NCBI GenBank assembly: GCA_033855575.1
Contig: JAWVFY010000309.1
Location: 1 to 34,240 of the forward strand
Direction of reading: 5' to 3'
Length of the DNA: 34,240 bases
Origin: Solirubrobacteraceae bacterium
GTDB taxonomy: Bacteria; Actinomycetota; Thermoleophilia; Solirubrobacterales; Solirubrobacteraceae
The notes beneath the pieces are model-generated. The model saw only the letters and a program-made list of their open reading frames with translations, was not told the origin of the DNA and made no database searches. Within the stretch, counting starts at the first letter, position 1. Every line of letters begins with the position of its first letter. Below are positions 10,224 through 17,017 of this stretch, piece after piece. Both the position numbers and the translations under genes were made by a program.

Positions 10224-12200
10224 ATGGAGGATGCCTTGCTCGGCACGGGGTTGAGGAGGACGATCGCCGTCGCCGTCGTCGCGATCGCTGCGCTGGTGGG
10301 AACCGCGAGCGCGCAGACCGCCACCGGTGAACGCCGGCAAGGGGTGCCCGAGCCACTGACGGCGCTGCTGGCCAACCCGCTCCTCGAGGCCGGCCTGTTC
10401 ACCGCGCCGGTGCCCACCGCGTCGGCCACTGCGCAGACGGGCGACGCCTCTCAGAGCACCGGCGTGCGCTTCGGCCCACGTCATGCGGTCGAGCAGCTGC
10501 CGTGCCGGCCCGGCGATGCGCCCGAGACGGGCCTTCAGGGGCGCGTGCCACCGACCGACACGGCGAGCGGCAGGGCGGCACTCGGCTACCGCTGCAATGT
10601 CCAGCTCGTCGGGCACTACTCCAGCAGCAGCTCGGGCACGCTGGAGGCCTACGGCGACTGTGCGTACTACGGCCTGGCATCCGACGTCACCGGCACGCAG
10701 GTGCTCGACGTCTCTCACCCCGCGCTGCCGACACCCACGACCGTGCTGGCGACGCCGGCGATGCTGAGTCCGTGGGAGTCGCTGAAGGTCAACGCCAAGC
10801 GCAGGCTGCTCGTGGCCGACCGCTGGTCGCTGCTCCCGGCCGACACCGACCTCAACAGCTACCTGGACATCTACGACGTCTCCGGCGATTGCCGCCACCC
10901 GCGCCTGCTCTCGAGCACCGACATGGCACCCGCTCACGGTCACGAGGGGTGGTTCTCCCCCGATGGCATGACCTACTTCATGAGCACGACCGGTCCCGAC
11001 GGCACGCCGACCGTCTTCCCGATCGACATCTCGGACCCGGCCCACCCCAAGCGGCTCGCGTCATGGACGTTCCCCGCACAGACGCACGGCGGCTTCACGA
11101 CCGAGGACGACAGCCGCTCGTACATCTGCCAGCAGCAGGCGCCGCCGAACGACAAGCTGCTGATCGTTGACACGTCGGAGCTCATCACGCACCGGTCCGA
11201 TCCCAAGCCGCACCTGCTCGCGCAGATCCCGCTCGGCGACAACCAGTGGTGCCAAGCCGCACTGCGCGTCACCTACGACGGCCACCCGTTCCTGATCCAG
11301 TACGGCGAACGCTCCGGCGCGGCGGACTGCAGTCGCAGCAAGGACAACTGGGCCAATTTCGGCTACCCGCGGATCTTCGACTTCGCCGACGAGCGCCACC
11401 CCAAGCTCGTGTCGAGCCTGCTGCTCCAGGTCGACCTGCCCCAGCACTGCGCCGAGGTCACCGGCGAGGGGGCGCTGAACGGACTTGGCTACAGCGCCCA
11501 CCACTGCTCGGTGGACCGCCTCTACAACCCGACGATCCTGGCGTGTGACTACTTCGGCGCCGGGATGCGTGTGACCGACATCCGCAATCCGCACAAACCC
11601 GTCGAGATCGGCTACTTCAACCCCGCGACGACGGCCGTCGTCGGCACCGGGGCGCGGCCCGTCATCCACGCCGAGCGCGGAGAGATCTGGTTCACCAACG
11701 ACGTGCAGGGCTTCTACGTCGTGCGCTTCGAAGACGGCATTTGGCCGTTCAAGGACTCGGCGCGCTGTCCGGAGTTCGACGACTACTACTACGCGCAGTA
11801 CAACCCCGGCTCGACGTGCCCGACCGCCAACTTCCGCGGTATCGGCAAGCCTGCGCCCGGACTCGTGCACGCAGCTGTCCGCAGGCCGCGGCCGGCACTC
11901 GAGCTTCGCGTCTCACCATCGCACGACCGCCGAGCTCCGTACCGTTTTCGCGTTTCCGGTCGCCTGGTACCCCCGGCATCGACGCCGCTGAGCCAGGCGT
12001 GCAAGGGCTCGATGACCCTCACCGTGCACGACGGGCAACGGGCCGTGCTGCGGCGTACGTTGCCGATCCACCCGAACTGCCGCGTACGGACCACGGTCAC
12101 GGAGACACGGACCGTCCACAAGCTCGTGCTCACCCTGCACTTCGCAGGCAATTCCGTGCTCGCGGCCGTGAGCAAACGCACGATGGCTCGGGCGGTGTAG
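10224..12200 (+). CDS. Secreted beta-propeller-like protein with an LVIVD-repeat-like segment and a C-terminal Ig-like tail
   Basis: This is the last 658 aa of ORF 8463..12200. It has the signal peptide ..LRRTIAVAVVAIAALVGTASAQ and the motif KLLIVDTSE. An alternative TTG start at 10236 is preceded by GGAGGA. The function is unknown. Confidence 0.7.
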   Translation: MEDALLGTGLRRTIAVAVVAIAALVGTASAQTATGERRQGVPEPLTALLANPLLEAGLFTAPVPTASATAQTGDASQSTGVRFGPRHAVEQLPCRPGDAPETGLQGRVPPTDTASGRAALGYRCNVQLVGHYSSSSSGTLEAYGDCAYYGLASDVTGTQVLDVSHPALPTPTTVLATPAMLSPWESLKVNAKRRLLVADRWSLLPADTDLNSYLDIYDVSGDCRHPRLLSSTDMAPAHGHEGWFSPDGMTYFMSTTGPDGTPTVFPIDISDPAHPKRLASWTFPAQTHGGFTTEDDSRSYICQQQAPPNDKLLIVDTSELITHRSDPKPHLLAQIPLGDNQWCQAALRVTYDGHPFLIQYGERSGAADCSRSKDNWANFGYPRIFDFADERHPKLVSSLLLQVDLPQHCAEVTGEGALNGLGYSAHHCSVDRLYNPTILACDYFGAGMRVTDIRNPHKPVEIGYFNPATTAVVGTGARPVIHAERGEIWFTNDVQGFYVVRFEDGIWPFKDSARCPEFDDYYYAQYNPGSTCPTANFRGIGKPAPGLVHAAVRRPRPALELRVSPSHDRRAPYRFRVSGRLVPPASTPLSQACKGSMTLTVHDGQRAVLRRTLPIHPNCRVRTTVTETRTVHKLVLTLHFAGNSVLAAVSKRTMARAV

Positions 12201-12215
12201 GTGTAGAGTTGGTGT

Positions 12216-12425
12216 ATGGCACGTACTCGGACCAACATCGAGCTCGACGACGACCGCGTCGCGGCGATCATGGAACGCTATGGGCTGTCGACGAAGACCG
12301 CCGCGGTCGACCTCGCGCTGCGCCACCTCGCCGGCCAGCCGATGTCGCGTGGACAGGCCCTGGCCATGCGCGGCGCCCACGCGATCGCCGACGTGCCCGC
12401 TGACGAGCCGCCCCGCGCGGCGTGA
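12216..12425 (+). CDS. vapB: Type II antitoxin, VapB family (ribbon-helix-helix type)
   Basis: A 69-aa protein starting MARTRTNIELDDDRVAAIMERYGLSTKTAAVDLALRHL, typical of VapB-type antitoxins. Its stop overlaps the GTG start of the PIN gene (GTGA). Confidence 0.8.
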   Translation: MARTRTNIELDDDRVAAIMERYGLSTKTAAVDLALRHLAGQPMSRGQALAMRGAHAIADVPADEPPRAA

Positions 12426-12832
12426 TCCTCGCCGACACCTCGGCGTGGGTCGAGTACGACCGCGCGACGGGAAGCCCTGCCGACCAGCGGCTCGCCCACC
12501 TGCTCGCCAGACCCCGAGATCTCGCCGTCACCGAACCCGTCGTCATGGAGGTCAGCGCCGGCGCCCGCGACGACGGCCGTGAGCGCGACCTGCTCGACCT
12601 GCTCGCCCGCGCTGTCCTGATCCCGATCGATCCCGCCGCCGACTTCCACGCCGCTGCGCGGATATACCGGCGCTGCCGCGCCTCCGGGGTGACGCCGCGG
12701 GGCATGATCGACTGCATGATCGTCGCCGTCGCCGCCCGCGCCCCAGCGACCGTCCTCGCACACGACGCCGACCTCATCCGCGTCGCCCGCGTCATCGACG
12801 TCCCCGTCGACCATGGCTCGCTGCGCCTCTGA
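12422..12832 (+). CDS. vapC: Type II toxin, PIN-domain ribonuclease VapC
   Basis: A 136-aa protein. ILADTSAWVEY carries the first acidic residue of the PIN domain, followed by VVMEV, IDCMIVAVAA and LAHDADLIRV. It is coupled to vapB by a 4-nt overlap. Confidence 0.85.
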   Translation: MILADTSAWVEYDRATGSPADQRLAHLLARPRDLAVTEPVVMEVSAGARDDGRERDLLDLLARAVLIPIDPAADFHAAARIYRRCRASGVTPRGMIDCMIVAVAARAPATVLAHDADLIRVARVIDVPVDHGSLRL

Positions 12833-12858
12833 CTATCGAACCAGGCAGCGAGCGACTG

Positions 12859-13611
12859 CTACAGCGGCTTGAAGCCGGTCCCGACCAGCAGCAGGCCCAG
12901 CCGCTGCTCGAGCCCCCGCTGGTCCATGAGCGCCACGCGATCCGCCAGCGACCACCCGACGACCGCGGCGAACGGCGCCGTGCACAGGTAGGGCTCGGCC
13001 GACACCCGCTCGAGACCGTGGCTCTCCAAGAGCGCCGAGAGGCGGAAGCGGGTGAACTTGTTGATGTGCTGGAAGTCGTAGGAGACCTCGGCCACGCGGT
13101 TGAGCGCGGCCTCGAGGAGGGGCCACGGGCTGTGGAAGTTCGGGGTGGTGAGGACGACCTTGCCGCCGGGCCGGACGCGGTCGAGCGCGTCGTCGAGCGT
13201 GTTGGCGAGCAGCAGCGGGTCGAGGTGCTCGATGAGCTCGACCATGGTCACGGCATCGAAGTCGCGCTCGCTGTCGGGCAGCTCGCGGGGACTCTCGGTG
13301 TAGAAGCGGATCCCGCGGTCGCCGTACGTGGCCCGCGCGTACTCGATCTGCCGCGTGGAGAGGTCCGTTCCCACCCACTCGTGATGCGGGAAGTTGCCGG
13401 CCAGCGTCCCGGGGCCGCACCCGATGTCCAGCACGCGATGGTGCCCCTCGAGCTCCCGCGCGACGCGCTGGAACTTCAGGTGGTGCCACTTGCTCTGCAT
13501 CCCCCGGCGGCGGCGGAACACCAGGTCGTAGTAGCCGGACGGGATGCCCTCGTAGTCGAACGGCTCGGCCGCCGCGGTCGGGGGTGCTGGTTCGTTGTGG
13601 GCCATGGTCAT
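12859..13611 (-). CDS. Class I SAM-dependent methyltransferase
   Basis: VLDIGCGPGTLAG is SAM-binding motif I, and RVRPGGKVVLTTPN follows later. The protein is 250 aa. ATG 13605 (MAHNE) is an alternative start. Confidence 0.85.
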   Translation of the reverse strand: MTMAHNEPAPPTAAAEPFDYEGIPSGYYDLVFRRRRGMQSKWHHLKFQRVARELEGHHRVLDIGCGPGTLAGNFPHHEWVGTDLSTRQIEYARATYGDRGIRFYTESPRELPDSERDFDAVTMVELIEHLDPLLLANTLDDALDRVRPGGKVVLTTPNFHSPWPLLEAALNRVAEVSYDFQHINKFTRFRLSALLESHGLERVSAEPYLCTAPFAAVVGWSLADRVALMDQRGLEQRLGLLLVGTGFKPL

Positions 13612-13693
13612 GGGAGTGCCGGCACCCCACGGGAGCGCAGGTTATTCATGGCAGGCGTCGCCATGCGTAGACGGGCACCGGGCTAGCGGATCT

Positions 13694-15259
13694 TCACCGC
13701 GTCGGCGCAGGGGGCGGCCGGCGCGCGAGCCGCATGCCCTGGGCCTGGGCACGGCCGAGCACCGCGGGCGCCAGGAGCAGCAGGCTGTGGCCCAGGAAGC
13801 GGCGGCGATAGGCGCTTTGGAGCCGCGCCAGGACGACGTGACGGCGCCGGCTGACCCATTGGTTGACGTCGATGACCGCCGGCCGGGAGGCGAGGATCTG
13901 GTCGGCGAAGCCACGGAGGCCGCCCGGCGTGTGCTTGGCGACATACGCGTCGAAGCCCGAGTTGAGGTAGACGAACCGGCTGGGGTTGCGCCGGTGGGTG
14001 AACACGAGAACCGCTGGGTTGCCGAGCGTCCAGATGGTCCCTCTGGGGCCGGCCAGGCGGCTCAAGCGGTCGGCCGTGGCCTGCTGCTTGGGACGAAGCA
14101 GCTCGTGGCTGCCCGCGGCGGTCGAGTAGTCGTGCCAGGTGAGCAGGGCGAGCGCAGCCATGGCGACGACCCCGAGGCCTGCTGCGAGGTGCCGCACCCG
14201 GCCCAGCGGCACGGCCTTCACCACGAGGCCGAGCGCGCCGCCGATGCCCAGCGCCGCGTACGGCAGCAGTGGGAACACGTCGGGATAGCCCTGGAAGTCG
14301 GAGGCAGTGAAGATGGCGACCACCAACCCGGAGCCGGCCACCGCCACGACGAGGGGGTCCTTCAGCGAGGCGCGCCGACGCGCGACCTGCCAGGCGATGA
14401 GGGCGGGCAGCAGCACGAGGCCGCCCCACAGCAGCACGCGAGTGTCGCCGTAGTAGCGGTCCACCGTCGACGTGATGACGTGCAGGCGATGGCTGAACGT
14501 CTCCGGGTCGCGCTCGACCCCGGTGAAGGGAAACACGATCATGCCGTCCACCAGGTGGCTGAGCGACCCCGCGGCGAGGTAGTAGGCGAACGTCACCACG
14601 ACCGGCGTGAGCACTCCGGCGATCGCGCGCAGGGCGGATCGGGCGCGCGCCCCGGCGTCGCATCCGAACACGGCTGCCAGCACCGCGACGACGGAGTAGC
14701 CCCCCAGCGGCTGCCACACGAGCAACGCCAGGCCGGCCAGCACCCCCCCGGTGAACCATCGTCGCCGGAGGAGGATCGTCATCGAGGCCACGGCGAAGAA
14801 GATGCCCGGGGTCTTGGGGTCGGGACCACCGATGGCGTCCACGGCGAAGCCTCTGAAGGAGACGAACGTCACGGCGGCAGCCATGCCGGCCAGTTGTGAC
14901 TCCCAGGCCCGCGCGGCCAGCAGGTAGACGCCGACCGCGGTCCCGCAGGCGAAGGCCAGGAACAGCAGCCGGATCGCGGTGAGGTCGTTGAAATCGATGA
15001 GCGACGCCACCCAGACCGCCACGCCGCCCAGCGCGGACGACAGCGGGCCCTTGGCGTCGAAGATGCTCGTGTAGAACGGCACGCCGTGCGCCCATTGCTG
15101 CGCGCCGTACGCGCAGATGGCCTCGTCCCGGCTGAGCAGGTCGTCCAAACTGAAGCGCGTGTAGAGGAGGACCGCGAGGAGCAGCGCGAGCGCGGCGAGC
15201 GCCCATGGAACGAAACGGCTCGCGCGGCTGGATGGCAAGACGCCGACGATAATGGACAA
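13694..15259 (-). CDS. Polytopic membrane protein, GT-C-fold (ArnT/PMT-like) glycosyltransferase candidate
   Basis: A 521-aa protein with many hydrophobic segments. It has an acidic first loop (FSLDDLLSRDEA) and a soluble C-terminal tail. The first codon is TTG at 15257-15259, and the exact start is uncertain. The family assignment rests on architecture only. Confidence 0.6.
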   Translation of the reverse strand: MSIIVGVLPSSRASRFVPWALAALALLLAVLLYTRFSLDDLLSRDEAICAYGAQQWAHGVPFYTSIFDAKGPLSSALGGVAVWVASLIDFNDLTAIRLLFLAFACGTAVGVYLLAARAWESQLAGMAAAVTFVSFRGFAVDAIGGPDPKTPGIFFAVASMTILLRRRWFTGGVLAGLALLVWQPLGGYSVVAVLAAVFGCDAGARARSALRAIAGVLTPVVVTFAYYLAAGSLSHLVDGMIVFPFTGVERDPETFSHRLHVITSTVDRYYGDTRVLLWGGLVLLPALIAWQVARRRASLKDPLVVAVAGSGLVVAIFTASDFQGYPDVFPLLPYAALGIGGALGLVVKAVPLGRVRHLAAGLGVVAMAALALLTWHDYSTAAGSHELLRPKQQATADRLSRLAGPRGTIWTLGNPAVLVFTHRRNPSRFVYLNSGFDAYVAKHTPGGLRGFADQILASRPAVIDVNQWVSRRRHVVLARLQSAYRRRFLGHSLLLLAPAVLGRAQAQGMRLARRPPPAPTR

Positions 15260-15292
15260 CGGCCCGGCGTTCGCCAGCGCGCCCGGTTGAGT

Positions 15293-17017
15293 TCAGGGTC
15301 TCTCCATGTCCGCCGCGTCCAGGTAGGCGCGCCACCCCCCGTGGGACGTCACGTCGATGGCGCCGTGTGTCGCGTAGCCCTCGCACACGAAGCCCGCGGC
15401 GTCTTCGCCGTCCTCGAGCGTGACGCGACCGATCCCCAGCGGGGCGGGTACGCCCTCGAGGAGCTCTCCGACCGCTGCCGGTGCAAGCTCCCAGACCTCG
15501 GCCTCCACGGCAGCTCCGCCGTGGATGGTTCGCACGAGCCCGGGCCGCGGTACGCCGGCGCCGGGGAGGGCGAACAGCCGGTAGACGGGCGCCGTTCGCG
15601 CACGCCGCACCAGCCGCGCGCCGCGCGAGGTCAGCTCGCCGTTGAGCGGCAGACCGCTCATATGCGCTCCGACGACAACCAGGCGCGTGGCTCCAGAGGA
15701 CGCGGGCCGAGGCTCGCCGCGCCACTCGGCGGCGAGGCTCATCAGCCGGTGGTCGTGGAAGGCCGGAGCGATCAGGCTGACCCCACCCGGGAGGCCGTCG
15801 GGGCGGCGGGGGCCGGGAACCGCGATCGCCGCGAGGTCGAGGAGGTTGACGAAGTTCGTGAAGCGGCCGAGGCGGGCGTTGACGCCCACCGGATCTGCCG
15901 CGACCTCGTCCAGGCGGGGGTGCCCGGGCGTGGTGGGAAGCAGGAGCGCGTCGGCCTGCTCCCAGATCGGGCAGGCGGCGCGGTGCAGCTCAGCGAGGCG
16001 GTGCTGGCCGGCGAACACATCGACGGCGCGCAGGCCCGCACCTGCCCGGACGATGGCCGCGACGGTGGGATCCAGCCCGTCAGGCTCGGCGGCCACAATG
16101 TCACCGAGATCGGCCGTCCGCTCGGAGACCCACACGTCGTAGAGCAGGTCGGCGGCCTCCAGGAGCGCTCCGATGTCCACGCGCACCAGCTCCCAGGTCG
16201 CGGCCGCTTCCCGGCATGCCTGCTCCCAGGCCGCGGCGGCGTCGGCCTCCTGGAAGATGAGCTGTCCATCGAGCGGAACGGCGACGCGGCCATGCCGCGG
16301 CGAGGTGGGAACCCGCGGCGCGCGGCTCCACGCATCGGCCGGGTCGAAGGCCGCGGCAACCGCGAGAACGGCCGCGGCATCTGCCACCGACCGGGCCAGG
16401 ACCGAGACGCAGTCCAGCCCGCGACAGGCGGGCAGGACCCCGCGATTCGAGACCAGTCCTCGTGTCGGCTTGATCCCCACGAGCTCGTTGAACGCGGCAG
16501 GGACCCGCCCCGAGCCAGCGGTGTCGGTCCCGAGCGCGAACATGACGTGCCCGAGCGCCACCGCCACGCCGGAGCCCGAGCTCGAGCCGCCGGGGACACG
16601 CTCGCCGTCGAACACGCAGGCCGGAGTCCCGTAGGGCGATCGCGTGCCGACCAGGCCGGTGGCGAACTGGTCCATGTTGGTCTTTCCGACGAGCAGAGCC
16701 CCGGCGCCCAGGAGACGCTCCACGACGGCCGCGTCACGGTCGGCCTCGCGGGCGAACCCCGGGCACGCCGCGGTCGTCGGGAGGCCGCCGACGTCGATGT
16801 TGTCCTTGACGGCGAAGGGGATCCCGTAGAGCGGCAGGCCTGGGTCTGCCGCGTCCAGGGAGCGGGCCGCGGCGCGGAGCGCGTGGGGGTCAACCAGGGT
16901 GATCCAGGCGGGGCCCGGGTCCTCGCCGAGGCGGTCGAGCACCTCGCCGGCAACCTCGCTGGGGCGACTGTGGCCGGCCCGGTAGTCGGCCAGCAGGTCG
17001 GCGATCGATCCGATCAC
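15293..17017 (-). CDS. Allophanate hydrolase (amidase-signature domain plus AtzF-type C-terminal domain)
   Basis: A 574-aa protein starting VIGSIADLLADYRAG. It has the amidase-signature blocks GIPFAVKDNIDVGGLPTTAACP and GGSSSGSGVAVALG, and a C-terminal domain RLVVVGAHMSGLPLNGEL..YRLFALPG. The GTG at 17015-17017 overlaps the TGA of the upstream gene (GTGA). The ORF-track N-terminal extension to 17575 is Arg-rich nonsense. Confidence 0.9.
   Translation of the reverse strand: MIGSIADLLADYRAGHSRPSEVAGEVLDRLGEDPGPAWITLVDPHALRAAARSLDAADPGLPLYGIPFAVKDNIDVGGLPTTAACPGFAREADRDAAVVERLLGAGALLVGKTNMDQFATGLVGTRSPYGTPACVFDGERVPGGSSSGSGVAVALGHVMFALGTDTAGSGRVPAAFNELVGIKPTRGLVSNRGVLPACRGLDCVSVLARSVADAAAVLAVAAAFDPADAWSRAPRVPTSPRHGRVAVPLDGQLIFQEADAAAAWEQACREAAATWELVRVDIGALLEAADLLYDVWVSERTADLGDIVAAEPDGLDPTVAAIVRAGAGLRAVDVFAGQHRLAELHRAACPIWEQADALLLPTTPGHPRLDEVAADPVGVNARLGRFTNFVNLLDLAAIAVPGPRRPDGLPGGVSLIAPAFHDHRLMSLAAEWRGEPRPASSGATRLVVVGAHMSGLPLNGELTSRGARLVRRARTAPVYRLFALPGAGVPRPGLVRTIHGGAAVEAEVWELAPAAVGELLEGVPAPLGIGRVTLEDGEDAAGFVCEGYATHGAIDVTSHGGWRAYLDAADMERP

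Noticed and set aside
12845-12859. A small hairpin, GCAG-cgagcga-CTGC, between the convergent vapC and methyltransferase genes, considered as a bidirectional terminator.
   Set aside because: The stem is only 4-5 bp with no U/A tracts, and it overlaps the methyltransferase stop codon. That is too weak to call.
13616-13625. A 10-bp palindrome, GTGCCGGCAC, just upstream of the methyltransferase start, and a CATGGC/GCCATG inverted repeat nearby.
   Set aside because: Short GC-rich palindromes are expected by chance in DNA of this composition. There is no second copy and no associated regulator.
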